From Hyphomicrobiales bacterium (GTDB taxonomy: Bacteria; Pseudomonadota; Alphaproteobacteria; Rhizobiales; Beijerinckiaceae), in NCBI GenBank assembly GCA_046091665.1, contig JBJTCD010000017.1, positions 15,115-79,114 of the forward strand: a DNA stretch of 64,000 nt. Direction: 5' to 3'. This document shows, piece after piece, positions 35,676-46,038 of this stretch. The notes below the pieces were generated by a model that was given only the letters and a program-made list of their open reading frames with translations, made no database searches and was not told where the DNA came from. The first letter of the stretch is position 1. The number at the start of each line of letters is the position of its first letter. A program made the translations under genes and the position numbers.

Positions 35676-38600
35676 CTATTCAGCAGGCGTTGGTTCGAGT
35701 GACGGTGCGCCTGTTTTTGCAAGACGCTTCGCTTCTTTCTTTGCCGCCCGCGCTTCACGACGACGCTGACGCGCCGCAGAAAGATTGGCAATCAGCATCA
35801 ATGCAGCGGGCGTCACGACCAGAGTGAGGATCGTCGCGAAACCCAAACCAAACACGATCGCTGCAGACAAATGCGTCCACCATTGCGTTGACGGTGCGCC
35901 AATTGCGATGTCGCGATTGACGAAATCGAGATTGATCCCGAAAGCAATCGCCAACACGCCGAGAATGGCCGTGACCGCTGTCAAAACCACCGGGCGTGCA
36001 CGTTCGCGACAGGTCTCAATGACCGCATCATAAGCGCTCACACCTTCATGTCTTAACCGATCATAAGTATCAATCAGCACGATGTTGTTGTTCACGATCA
36101 CGCCGGCATTCGCGATGATGCCAATACCCGTCATCACAACGCCGAAGGATTGACCCATAATCATCAAGCCGAGCAAGACGCCGATGGTCGAAAGCACAAC
36201 GGCGGAAAGCACCAGCAAGACGCTTGTGAATTTATTAAATTGCGCAAGCAAAATCGCAAAGATCAAGAACATCGCGGTGCCGAACGCTTTCGACAAGAAG
36301 GCGCCGGCTTTGGCCCGTTCTTCGTCTTCACCCTTCAGCTTGAAGATCACGCCCGGTCCAAGATCCGTCTTCGACAGAGCGTCGATCACTTGTTGTTGCA
36401 CAACGGCCGACTGCACACCTTCAGCGACATTCGATGAAAGTGTGATCACACGGCTACCAGCCACGCGATTCAGCTGACCCACGCGCGGACTTGGTGTGCG
36501 GGTTACGAAATTGCCAATTGGTACCGATCCCACTTGCGTGTTGATCCGCAATTCTTCGATATCGTCGAGCGTGCGCTTGTCTTCAGGAAAACGCAGAATG
36601 AGATCGACGGATTTATCCGTATCATTCGGGCGATATTCTGAAATTTTCACACCATTGGTGACAAGCTGCAATGCTGCACCGACGCTTGTGGCACTCGCGC
36701 CATATTTGGCGGCTTCCGCTTTATCAACATTGATCGTCCAATCAATTCCCGGCAAAGCAAGACCATTGTCGAGATCCCGTATTTCGGGAATCTTCCCAAG
36801 CACAGCCTCAACTTTTTTCGCTGCCGGAATGAGATAGGCTGGATCAAGCGCAGAGAGTTGCACTTGGATGGCTTTACCCGTCGGAGGTCCGCCTTTCGGC
36901 GCAGTCACTTCAATCGACACGCCGGAAATATCAGCGGTCTTTGTGCGGATATCTTCCATAATCACGTGGGCAGGACGACGATGTTGCCAATCGATAAATT
37001 CGAATTGAATTGATCCGATTGTATCTTCAGAGACTTCGCTTGAGCCTTTCTGGCTTTCACCCGAACGCGCATAGACGGTCTTCAGTTCATTCATCGGCAG
37101 AATGCGTTCTTCAACTTGACGAACGAGCTGATCTTTCTCCGTGATGGAAAGATTGCCGCGCGCATGAATCTGCACGATGCCGTAATCAGGTTCGACATTC
37201 GGGAAAAATTCAACACCTTTACCAAACACGCCATAGGCTTTGATCACGGCAACCAACATGAAGAATGCCGCAGCAAGAGTGAGGCCCGGATGTTTCACGC
37301 AGAAACGAACAAGGCGCATATAGAGACCCTTCTCGCGCGCACGATCATCATGCGGATGATCGGCAGCTTTACCGAGAAGTGCGCCAAGGGTTGGCGTGAA
37401 AAACAACGCCACCGCAAGCGAAGCTGAAAGCGTCGCGATCAAAGTGAGCGGCATATATTTCATAAATTCGCCGACAATCCCCGGCCAGAACAGCAGAGGT
37501 GAGAATGCTGCAACGCGCGTCAATGTCGCTGAAATAACAGGACCCGCCATACGTTTCGCCGCCAAGGAGAAAGCCTGTTTGGGATCCATGCCTTCAGCCA
37601 AGCGACGTTCCGCATATTCAGAAACAATGATCGCGTCATCGACCAGCATCCCGACCGCAAGAATAAGCGAGAACAACACGACAATATTGACGGTGAGACC
37701 GGCCAATTGCAGCGCGAGAATGCCTGCCAAGAAAGATCCTGGAATTGCAATGCCAATAAAAAGCGAGGGACGACCACCCAAAACCAACATCATGATTACG
37801 AGCACAAGCAGAACGGCGGTCACGACACTGTTTTGCAATTCGTGCAACATATCGCGAATGGTTTTTGATTTGTCCTGACTGAATGTGACAGAAACGGTGC
37901 CCGGCCAAGAGGCTTGCAATTTGCCGACAACATATTTGACCGCATCAACCGTTTCGATGAGGTTCGATCCGGTGCGTTTTGACACTTCAATCGTGATCGC
38001 AGACTTGCCATTCACACGTGTGATTGAGGTTGCGTCTTTAAAGGTTGGTCGCACTTCGGCGACATCACCCAAAGTGACACTAGCGCCCGCAGACGCTGTC
38101 ACTGGTAATTTCAAAATATCTTCGGGTCTTTCAATCAGCGCAGGAACTTTCACCGCAAAGCGACCGGTGCCGCCCTCAAGCGCACCGGCAGCCACAAGAC
38201 TATTCGATTGCGAAACGCCACCGATCAAACTGTCGAGGCTGATGCCATAGCTTTTCATCAACATCGGCTCGGCAATGATTTCTACAACTTCATCGCGCGC
38301 GCCTTTGAGATCAGCAGACAACACGCCGGGAATCGCTTCAATCGCATTCTTCGTACCGCGCGCGATGCGCAACAAAGTGCGCTCCGGCACATCGCCGGTT
38401 AGACCGACAACAAGAACCGGGAAGAGCGAGAGATTGACTTCACGGACTGTAGGCTGATCTGCGTCTTTCGGTAGATCCCGTTTCGCATCATCAACTTTGG
38501 CACGCACATCTGCGACAGCCTTTGTCGAGTCAAATCCCGCTTGAAATTCGAGAAGAACAAAGCCACCGCCTTCAAAGGCGGTTGAACGCATTTCTTTGAC

Positions 38601-38831
38601 ATTAGAAACGGATTTTAGCTGCGTCTCCATCGGACGTAGCAAGAGTCGCTCCGCATCTTCAGGGCTGATCCCGCGTTGCGAGAGTTGCACATAGACGATC
38701 GGCACGCGCACATCAGGCTCAGCCTCTTTCGGAATTGTCATATAGGCAACAAATCCAGCAAGAAGAAGAAAGGCGAGAAACGCAAGCGTCAGCCGCGCAT
38801 GCGAAATGGCAAAATCAATGGGATTTTTCAT
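35676..38831 (-). CDS. RND efflux transporter, inner-membrane permease (AcrB/HAE family)
   Basis: The 1051-aa protein has a 12-TMS architecture with two large periplasmic loops and typical motifs (VDDAIIVSE, ALLGLM...). Confidence 0.93.
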   Translation of the reverse strand: MKNPIDFAISHARLTLAFLAFLLLAGFVAYMTIPKEAEPDVRVPIVYVQLSQRGISPEDAERLLLRPMETQLKSVSNVKEMRSTAFEGGGFVLLEFQAGFDSTKAVADVRAKVDDAKRDLPKDADQPTVREVNLSLFPVLVVGLTGDVPERTLLRIARGTKNAIEAIPGVLSADLKGARDEVVEIIAEPMLMKSYGISLDSLIGGVSQSNSLVAAGALEGGTGRFAVKVPALIERPEDILKLPVTASAGASVTLGDVAEVRPTFKDATSITRVNGKSAITIEVSKRTGSNLIETVDAVKYVVGKLQASWPGTVSVTFSQDKSKTIRDMLHELQNSVVTAVLLVLVIMMLVLGGRPSLFIGIAIPGSFLAGILALQLAGLTVNIVVLFSLILAVGMLVDDAIIVSEYAERRLAEGMDPKQAFSLAAKRMAGPVISATLTRVAAFSPLLFWPGIVGEFMKYMPLTLIATLSASLAVALFFTPTLGALLGKAADHPHDDRAREKGLYMRLVRFCVKHPGLTLAAAFFMLVAVIKAYGVFGKGVEFFPNVEPDYGIVQIHARGNLSITEKDQLVRQVEERILPMNELKTVYARSGESQKGSSEVSEDTIGSIQFEFIDWQHRRPAHVIMEDIRTKTADISGVSIEVTAPKGGPPTGKAIQVQLSALDPAYLIPAAKKVEAVLGKIPEIRDLDNGLALPGIDWTINVDKAEAAKYGASATSVGAALQLVTNGVKISEYRPNDTDKSVDLILRFPEDKRTLDDIEELRINTQVGSVPIGNFVTRTPSPRVGQLNRVAGSRVITLSSNVAEGVQSAVVQQQVIDALSKTDLGPGVIFKLKGEDEERAKAGAFLSKAFGTAMFLIFAILLAQFNKFTSVLLVLSAVVLSTIGVLLGLMIMGQSFGVVMTGIGIIANAGVIVNNNIVLIDTYDRLRHEGVSAYDAVIETCRERARPVVLTAVTAILGVLAIAFGINLDFVNRDIAIGAPSTQWWTHLSAAIVFGLGFATILTLVVTPAALMLIANLSAARQRRREARAAKKEAKRLAKTGAPSLEPTPAE

Positions 38832-38857
38832 AAGGGTCAGTCCCTAATCCGAATGCA

Positions 38858-39919
38858 TTAACCGAGTTTCATCGGAACGGGTTCAACCACCTGTCCCTCT
38901 TTCACAAAATCCTGTCCTTGCACGATGATCTGTGCACCGGCTTGAATGCCGGAAACGAAAAGATAATCCGTTTGGTCTTCAACCAACCCCACCGGAACAA
39001 AAGCCACTTTATTGTCTTGACCAACCACACGCACGCCAAGCTTGCCTTCCGCCGAGAAGGTCAGAGCCGAACGCGCCACTTTCGTCGCATCAACAGGCGC
39101 GAGATAAAGCGTGACTTCTGCCGTCACACCATCCGCAATTTTACGTTCGGGATTGGCGAGGCTCACATCGATGCGATAGGTGCGCGTTTGCGGGCTCGCG
39201 CGGTTGGAAATGAACCGCACAGTGCCAGACGCTTCTTCGCCACCGATCAACCGCACATCGGCTTTGTCGCCCACTTTCACGCCGGCCAAGCGGCGTTCCG
39301 AAATTTCAACAACCGCCAACATCGGATCAAGCGACATGACTTCAGCGACAGGTGCACCAGGCTGCAAGCTCTGACCCAAAGTTGCCGGCACTTCATTGAT
39401 GATGCCTGACACAGGCGCCAGTACTGTTCCGCGATCGCGCTCTGCTTGAGCGGCAGCCAATTGTGCTTGCGCCGCTTTCAAATCCGCTTCGAATTGCGCA
39501 ATGCCGAGCTTGGCAAGATTGCCGCTTTCAACAAGCACGCGCTTGGCTTCATATTCTTTTTGACGCTGCTCGACACGCGCTTGCGCTTGTTGAACATTTG
39601 ATTCACGCGCCTCATCGGAGAGCACCGCAATCACATCACCCTGCTTTACGACTGAACCACGACGCACTGTCAATTCAGTCACAACGCCGCTCGCGCGAGC
39701 AATCGCCATCGTGCGAACATCTGCTTCGGTGCGTCCGGACAAAGTGAGTTTTCGTGAACGCGGTTCAACAGACGCTGGTAAAACTGAAACTTGAAATGGT
39801 TTTGTTTCAACCACTTTTGTGTTTGCGGGCGGTGCTTCCTTTTTTGTCATAGCGCCTGACGCAATCCAAGCGACGGCTCCGATGACGAGAAGAATGGCGG
39901 TGATACGGCTCCAAAGCAT
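38858..39919 (-). CDS. RND efflux periplasmic adaptor (membrane fusion protein, HlyD/AcrA family)
   Basis: The start was trimmed to MLWSRITAILLVIG (TM anchor). It has coiled-coil (QAQLAAAQAERDR) and beta-barrel regions. Confidence 0.88.
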   Translation of the reverse strand: MLWSRITAILLVIGAVAWIASGAMTKKEAPPANTKVVETKPFQVSVLPASVEPRSRKLTLSGRTEADVRTMAIARASGVVTELTVRRGSVVKQGDVIAVLSDEARESNVQQAQARVEQRQKEYEAKRVLVESGNLAKLGIAQFEADLKAAQAQLAAAQAERDRGTVLAPVSGIINEVPATLGQSLQPGAPVAEVMSLDPMLAVVEISERRLAGVKVGDKADVRLIGGEEASGTVRFISNRASPQTRTYRIDVSLANPERKIADGVTAEVTLYLAPVDATKVARSALTFSAEGKLGVRVVGQDNKVAFVPVGLVEDQTDYLFVSGIQAGAQIIVQGQDFVKEGQVVEPVPMKLG

Positions 39920-39945
39920 AGTGAGTTTCCTAGCGAGACGGTAGA

Positions 39946-40575
39946 TTACGTTAAGAGAGAATGAGAACAAGGACGAAGGGACAGAGTACCGCACAAAACA
40001 GCACCGATAAGATCGAGAAGCGTTGCAACTTCGGTTTCACTTTCAAAATCGGGATCAAGCGCGCGACGGCGGATGAGCCCATCGGAGAGGGTCAGGATCA
40101 ACCGCGCCACCGCATCAAGATCAATCGAATTTGGAATTTCACCCTTTGATCGCGCTTTTTCGCATACGGCAATGATGCCGCGCCGGACTTCCGCTTGAAC
40201 GCCTCCCATGACATCGGCAATCGCAGGATTGCGCGCAGCTTCGCTCCAGATTTCGAGCGTTAGAACGGCTTTTTCTTTCGGTTTTTCAATAAAATGGCGG
40301 CGACCCAAGGAGCGGAACGCCCCCATCAGATCAACTATATCCACTAAAGCGGCAAAATCACCGGCGATTTCGGCCCGATCCCGCTCGATGAGAGCGAGAA
40401 TCAACGCGTCTTTTGAGGGAAAATAGCGATAAAGATTTCCGGGAACCATGCCCGCCTCACCGGCCACATCCTGCATCGTCGTTCGGTGGAAGCCGGAACG
40501 GGTAAAACAGGTCTCCGCCGCATCAAGAATCTGCGGGCGACGGTCCAAATGGCGGGGGGCACGGGCAAGGGACAT
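39946..40575 (-). CDS. TetR/AcrR family transcriptional regulator
   Basis: It has an N-terminal HTH (FTRSGFHRTTMQDVAGEAGMVPGNLYRYFPSKDALI). It is the first gene of the efflux operon. Confidence 0.88.
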   Translation of the reverse strand: MSLARAPRHLDRRPQILDAAETCFTRSGFHRTTMQDVAGEAGMVPGNLYRYFPSKDALILALIERDRAEIAGDFAALVDIVDLMGAFRSLGRRHFIEKPKEKAVLTLEIWSEAARNPAIADVMGGVQAEVRRGIIAVCEKARSKGEIPNSIDLDAVARLILTLSDGLIRRRALDPDFESETEVATLLDLIGAVLCGTLSLRPCSHSLLT

Positions 40576-40592
40576 GGTGCAACGCAGTTAGT

Positions 40593-40608
40593 GAATGAAC
40601 GTTCATTC
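40593..40608. promoter_or_regulatory. Candidate TetR operator: perfect 16-bp palindrome
   Basis: gaatgaacgttcattc lies 18-33 nt upstream of the tetR ATG. It is flanked by a looser outer inverted repeat (gttagt...actaac). Confidence 0.5.
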
Positions 40609-40733
40609 GTCAACTAACCAGCGGTTGTGTTCACGTAAGCGTTTTGCGCGCTATCCGGAGGCGCGGGACAGGTCTAGCTTGGCCTGACCCTAGCGGGAGG
40701 GAGCTCCCCTTCCCCTTTTTCGGAGGCGCGTCC

Positions 40734-41876
40734 ATGCGGTGGTCAGTTGAGCTTGGCCGGATCGCCGGAACAGCGGTCAGGGTCCATGTCACATTTCTCT
40801 TATTCCTCGCCTTTATTGGCATCCTTGTTTATCGCGCCAATGGGCCGGCTGCGGCATGGGACACGCTCGCTTTCATCATTTTGATTTTCATGTGTGTTGT
40901 TGCACATGAATTTGGTCATGTGCTGATGGCGCGCCGCTTTGGTGCAAGGACGCGTGATGTAACGCTTTTCCCCATTGGCGGCGTTGCTACTATTGAACGC
41001 ATACCGGAAAAGCCGAGCCAAGAAATTCTCGTGGCGCTCGCTGGACCCTTAGTCAATCTTTTGATTGCTGTTGTTGTGATGATTTTCTATGGGCATTCAT
41101 TAAGCCAGCAAGATTTCAACGCCATCGGTAATTCTGAAACAAGTCTCGCGCTGCGCATCGCTGCGGCCAATCTCATGCTCATGACTTTTAACTTGATTCC
41201 CGCTTTCCCGATGGATGGCGGTCGTGTGCTGCGCGCGCTACTTGCGCTCAAATGGAGCCGGTCACGCGCAACTAAAATTGCTGCGAGCATTGGTCAAATC
41301 TTTGCCTTCGCCCTTGGCTTTTTAGGTCTATTTGGCAATCCGTTTTTGATCATCATTGCCGCGTTTGTCTTTATTGCCGCGGGTGCCGAAGCCGATGCTG
41401 CTGTGCTGCATGACAGCGCACGTGATCTCACTGTCGGAGAAGCCATGTTGACCGAATATTCAACACTTCATCCCTCTGACACGATTGGAACAAGTGTTGA
41501 AAAACTCATTCGTTCAAGTGATGACGTTTTTCCGGTGATTGATGAAACAGGACGCGCCTTTGGCTTTGTCACAAGACTTGCATTGCTTGAAGCTTTGTCC
41601 CATCAAATGGATACGACACCCGTGTCGTCCCTGATGACGCTCTTCGAAAACACAATCAGACAAGATGATAATCTCGAAAAAGTGCTCTCACGCTTCGAGA
41701 CTGAAGAACAACCTGCCTTCATTGTCGGTGAACCGGATGGACGCGCCATCGGATTGTTGACGCGCGCATCTTTGGCGCAAGCGATCTTGATCCATACGGC
41801 ACGACCCGGCTGGCACAGTCATCGCGGCGGTTTAATCGCCGCGAGTTTACCGGGTTTCAAAAAACGCGCGCTGTAA
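40734..41876 (+). CDS. Site-2 protease family (M50) zinc metalloprotease with a C-terminal CBS pair
   Basis: ATG 40734 follows GGAGG. It has HExxH (VAHEFGHVLMA), the second metal motif region (NLIPAFPMDGGRVL) and CBS-like repeats (FPVIDETGRAFGFVTR, AFIVGEPDGRAIGLLTR). Confidence 0.85.
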   Translation: MRWSVELGRIAGTAVRVHVTFLLFLAFIGILVYRANGPAAAWDTLAFIILIFMCVVAHEFGHVLMARRFGARTRDVTLFPIGGVATIERIPEKPSQEILVALAGPLVNLLIAVVVMIFYGHSLSQQDFNAIGNSETSLALRIAAANLMLMTFNLIPAFPMDGGRVLRALLALKWSRSRATKIAASIGQIFAFALGFLGLFGNPFLIIIAAFVFIAAGAEADAAVLHDSARDLTVGEAMLTEYSTLHPSDTIGTSVEKLIRSSDDVFPVIDETGRAFGFVTRLALLEALSHQMDTTPVSSLMTLFENTIRQDDNLEKVLSRFETEEQPAFIVGEPDGRAIGLLTRASLAQAILIHTARPGWHSHRGGLIAASLPGFKKRAL

Positions 41877-41878
41877 AA

Positions 41879-42637
41879 TCAACCACGTCCGACGAGTGGC
41901 ATTTTCGTTGCCATCACGGTCAAAGTGAGCACATTCGCATCAAGCGGAAGGCTCGCCATATAAACAACGGACTGCGCAACATAAGCGACATTCATTGTTG
42001 GCTCTGCTCGAATTTGCAGATCCGCCTGCAACACGCCTGAATTCATTTTCGAGGTCATGTCGGTTGCCGCATTGCCAATATCAATCTGTCCGCAAGCGAT
42101 ATCGTATTTACGACCATCAAGTGCGGTTGATTTCGTCAACCCCGTAATCGCGTGTTTGGTTGCGGTATAGGGCGCGGAATTCGGACGCGGCGTTTGTGAT
42201 GAGATTGAACCATTATTAATGATGCGACCACCGCGCGGATTTTGATCTTTCATGATCCGAAACGCTTCTTGCGTGCACAAGAAAGCCGAAGTGAGATTAG
42301 CATTCAAAACCGTCTGCCATTGATCAAATGTCAAATCTTCAAGATTGATCGGCGGCGCATTGGAGCCTGCATTGTTGAACAAGACATCAAGCCGCCCAAA
42401 GCGTTCTTTTGTTTTGGCAAATAAGGTTGCAACGGCCTTCGGATCTCCAAGATCGGTCGAGACCGCAAGCGTCGGCACATTATAAGAAGCACCAAGTTTC
42501 GCAGTTTCATCAAGCGCATCTTGACGGCGACCCGCCAAGACAACGTTATAGCCTTCTTTCATCATCGCGAGCGTCACGGCCCGACCAATGCCGGAGCCTG
42601 CACCCGTGATCATTGCAATTTTACCTTGCCCACTCAT
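41879..42637 (-). CDS. SDR family oxidoreductase
   Basis: It has the motifs [15 protein letters not shown] and YTATKHAI (YxxxK). Confidence 0.85.
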   Translation of the reverse strand: MSGQGKIAMITGAGSGIGRAVTLAMMKEGYNVVLAGRRQDALDETAKLGASYNVPTLAVSTDLGDPKAVATLFAKTKERFGRLDVLFNNAGSNAPPINLEDLTFDQWQTVLNANLTSAFLCTQEAFRIMKDQNPRGGRIINNGSISSQTPRPNSAPYTATKHAITGLTKSTALDGRKYDIACGQIDIGNAATDMTSKMNSGVLQADLQIRAEPTMNVAYVAQSVVYMASLPLDANVLTLTVMATKMPLVGRG

Positions 42638-42674
42638 TCGTCAATCCGTTCTTCTCGAGAGCCTGTTCAATTCA

Positions 42675-44036
42675 TCACGCCGCGAGTCGCGACAAGGCGC
42701 GACCGAAGCGGTCAAAGATATCATCAATTTGCTTTTCCGTGATGATCAAGGGCGGGCAGAAAGCGATGATGTCACCAATCGCACGAATGATCAGCCCCTC
42801 TTCATGACAAAGCTCTGAAAGCTTCAATCCAGTAGCACCAGGCTTTTCAAATGCTGCCTTTGTTTTCTTGTCCGCGACGAGCTCCATCGCACCAATCATT
42901 CCCACACCGCGCGTTTCACCAACAAGCGGATGATCTTTGAAGGAATGCAAACGCTCAAGGAAACGTGGACTTAATTGCGGAACACGCTGCATCAAGCCAC
43001 GCTCTTCAATGATGTCTAGATTTTCATTCGCAACCGCCATCGCGAGCGGATGGCCTGAGGTTGTGAAGCCGTGACCAAAAACACCAATCTTCGCCGTGTT
43101 ATCCGCGATCACATTGTAAATTTCATTGGTGAAGACAATGGCTGCCAGGGGCACATAAGATGATGTGATTTGCTTCGAACACACCATGATGTCCGGTTCA
43201 ATTCCATATGTCGTGCAGCCCCAAGTGGTTCCTGTACGACCAAAGCCGTTAATAACTTCGTCAGCGATCAGCAGCACATCATATTTACGGCATACGGCTT
43301 GAATTTTTGGCCAATAAGTACGCGGAGGAACAAACACCCCACCCGCACCCATTACGGGCTCGCCAATGAAAGCGGCAACCGTTTCCGGACCTTCCGCCAA
43401 AATTTTATCTTCCAATTCTTTCGCAAGGCGCGTTGCAAAATCTTCTTCGCTTTCGCCCGGTTCAGCATAACGCCAGTGATGCGCGCAGCTGACATGTTTA
43501 AATTGCGGGAAGGGCACATCAAAATCACGATGATTGTTCGGCAATCCCGTCAAGCTCGCCGAAACCAATGTGATGCCGTGATAGGCTTTGATGCGCGAGA
43601 TGATTTTCTTTTTATTCGGACGACCAAGTGCGTTGTTGTAATACCACACCATTTTTACAACGGTGTCATTCGCCTCAGAGCCTGAATTGGTGAAATGCGC
43701 TTTGCCCATTTTGCCAGGCGCCATTTTTACCATGCGCTCGGCAAGCGCGATCGCTTGCGGATGGGATTTATGCGAGAAGGAATGATAATATGGAAGTTCG
43801 CTCATTTGTTTAGCAGCGGCCTTTGCCAGACGCTCCTCACCAAAGCCGACCGCGACACTCCAAAGACCTGCCATCGCTTCGATATATTCCTTACCCGAGT
43901 CATCATAAACATGGATGCCTTTACCATGTGTGATGATCATCGGGCCCACTTGTTCATGACGACGCGCATTTGTGACAGGATGAAAATAAAATTCGATATC
44001 GCGTGCAGCGAGTGAATTCGGATTGGCGGTCATCAT
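42675..44036 (-). CDS. Class III (omega) aminotransferase, amine:pyruvate type
   Basis: It has the motifs AGLWSVAVGFG, FTNSGSEANDT, DEVINGFGRTG and CSKQITSSY (PLP Lys). The protein is 453 aa. Confidence 0.88.
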   Translation of the reverse strand: MMTANPNSLAARDIEFYFHPVTNARRHEQVGPMIITHGKGIHVYDDSGKEYIEAMAGLWSVAVGFGEERLAKAAAKQMSELPYYHSFSHKSHPQAIALAERMVKMAPGKMGKAHFTNSGSEANDTVVKMVWYYNNALGRPNKKKIISRIKAYHGITLVSASLTGLPNNHRDFDVPFPQFKHVSCAHHWRYAEPGESEEDFATRLAKELEDKILAEGPETVAAFIGEPVMGAGGVFVPPRTYWPKIQAVCRKYDVLLIADEVINGFGRTGTTWGCTTYGIEPDIMVCSKQITSSYVPLAAIVFTNEIYNVIADNTAKIGVFGHGFTTSGHPLAMAVANENLDIIEERGLMQRVPQLSPRFLERLHSFKDHPLVGETRGVGMIGAMELVADKKTKAAFEKPGATGLKLSELCHEEGLIIRAIGDIIAFCPPLIITEKQIDDIFDRFGRALSRLAA

Positions 44037-44114
44037 CGACTCCTAAACGGGGAACACTTGGGCACGATAGCGTGCCACGCGGCTAAAGAAAACCGTCGAG
44101 CCCTGCAGGAACGA

Positions 44115-45341
44115 TCAGGCCGCCGTGCCAAACCGACGCAGCAACCGCAAAAATCCGCCAGCGACTAGGCCCCAAAAGGCACCCCCAATGCCGAAGAGGG
44201 TCAATCCCGACGCGGCAACAAGAAATGTAACGACAGCCGCTTCACGCTCAGAGGCGTCTTGAACAGCGGCCATCAGCGCAGCCCCAAAAGCCCCGATGAG
44301 AGCCAACCCCGCAACGGCCTCGATCAAGACCGGTGGCGAAACCGCAATCAGAGCGGTGGCGCCACCCGCCAGAAGGCCAAAAACAATATAAATCACGCCC
44401 GCGGTGACGCCTGCCACATAGCGTTTTTGCGGATCAGGATGGCAATCCGGCCCCGCACAAATCGCGGCCGTAATCGCCGCAAGATTAACCGCATGGCCGC
44501 CGAAGGGTGTTGCAAGCACCGACATCACGCCCGTAACCGTAAAGAGCGACCCGGGTTCAGGCCGGTAATTATGCGCTGCCAAAACGGCAATACCGGGAAT
44601 GTTTTGCGAAGCCATCGTTACAATAAACAATGGCAGCGCGATGCTGATCATCGCTGGCAGCGAGAAGTGCGGTTCGATGAAAACGGGGTGCGGTATCAGC
44701 GACGCCAAACTCAGCGACGGTGCAGAACCCGTGAAATAAAGACTGACAATCAAAATGACAACAGCGGCAGGCACGGCAAACACACGTTTGAACCGCGCGA
44801 CAACTGCCCACACGACAATGATAGATAAAGCAGCCATTGGCATGTGAGCGACCGCGGTAACAGGTGCCACGCAAAGATGAAGCAAAATGCCGGCAAGCAT
44901 TGCGTTGGCTAACGCAGGCGGAATCGCATTCACGGCCCGGCCTAAAGGTTTCCACAGACCCGCGATCACCAATAACAATGAAGACAAAAGAAACGCACCG
45001 ACGGCGGTTGAGAAACCACCCGGCAATGAGCCCGTCGTTGCCAAGAGTGCTGCGCCCGGAGTTGACCAGGCGACACTCACTGGCATGCGCGTTTTCAGGC
45101 TTAAGATGATCCCGCCAAGACCCATCGCCATCGACAACGCCATGAGACCCGAAGCGGCTTCGGCCTCACTCGCACCAACCGCTTTTAGCCCATGCACAAC
45201 CACCGCGAAGGAACTGGCAAAGCCAACAAAAGCGGCAAGCGCGCCAGCAATGACAGCGTGAAACGGAAAAGAAGATTCATGACGAGTGTGATCATCATGA
45301 GCGAGAGGCAAAGACTTATCAGCGGTCATTCGAAGAGACAT
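44115..45341 (-). CDS. benE: Benzoate/H+ symporter family membrane protein (BenE)
   Basis: This polytopic membrane protein carries a BenE-like N-terminal segment (AGALAAFVGFASSFAVVVHGL). The start is uncertain (45341 or 45329); the ORF is open to 45494. Confidence 0.8.
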   Translation of the reverse strand: MSLRMTADKSLPLAHDDHTRHESSFPFHAVIAGALAAFVGFASSFAVVVHGLKAVGASEAEAASGLMALSMAMGLGGIILSLKTRMPVSVAWSTPGAALLATTGSLPGGFSTAVGAFLLSSLLLVIAGLWKPLGRAVNAIPPALANAMLAGILLHLCVAPVTAVAHMPMAALSIIVVWAVVARFKRVFAVPAAVVILIVSLYFTGSAPSLSLASLIPHPVFIEPHFSLPAMISIALPLFIVTMASQNIPGIAVLAAHNYRPEPGSLFTVTGVMSVLATPFGGHAVNLAAITAAICAGPDCHPDPQKRYVAGVTAGVIYIVFGLLAGGATALIAVSPPVLIEAVAGLALIGAFGAALMAAVQDASEREAAVVTFLVAASGLTLFGIGGAFWGLVAGGFLRLLRRFGTAA

Positions 45342-45525
45342 TTTGAGAAAGCGATCAGTCCTCCCCCTCTCGCATGAGAGTGTGGCTGTTGTCGAGGGAC
45401 AAACACCGTGATAATCCGCAGTTTTGCTGACCTCACGACTGATCCTGATCAAAGCCAAGCTTAGACGCATGATCCATAGAGGGATTCCCTTCACAGGTGA
45501 CCTTCAGATCGTCAGGAGCTTTACG

Positions 45526-46038
45526 ATGTTATCATTTTCAAATCTGCGCCGCACCGCTCTTATCGGTATCGTCTTCATATCCACGCAGGCATTCACACCC
45601 GCTCACGCCAAAGACGAAGGCTGGGGCCCGGGCCATGCCATGATGTGGGGCGGCCCCACGCGTAATTGGTTTGGCTGGGGCCAATCAGAACTTTATTGCG
45701 GCGGCGCAGGCACAAAAAATATCGACCGCTTCACTTCTCTGGTCGAACGACAATTGAAAGTCACGGAGACTCAAAAGCCCGCTCTTGAAGCCCTCAACAA
45801 AGCCTTTCAAAACGCGCTCACTGAATTGCAGCCGCTGTGTGAAAAGCCACGCGCCGGTCGCTGGTCACCGCTTGAAAGATTAACCGTCGCAGAAGCCCAT
45901 ATGAATTCGATGATCACCGCCATTCATACGGTGCGCGGTCCACTCGAGACTTTCTACAACCAGCTCGACGACAAGCAAAAGCAAACACTCGACGAGATTC
46001 ATCCCGATTGGCGCTCACGTTTGCCATGGAACAAATGA
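45526..46038 (+). CDS. Periplasmic Spy/CpxP/ZraP-family (LTXXQ-motif) protein
   Basis: ATG 45526 follows AGGAG. It has a signal peptide ending AHA and two LTXXQ-like helices (KVTETQKPALEAL, LDDKQKQTLDEI). Confidence 0.65.
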   Translation: MLSFSNLRRTALIGIVFISTQAFTPAHAKDEGWGPGHAMMWGGPTRNWFGWGQSELYCGGAGTKNIDRFTSLVERQLKVTETQKPALEALNKAFQNALTELQPLCEKPRAGRWSPLERLTVAEAHMNSMITAIHTVRGPLETFYNQLDDKQKQTLDEIHPDWRSRLPWNK

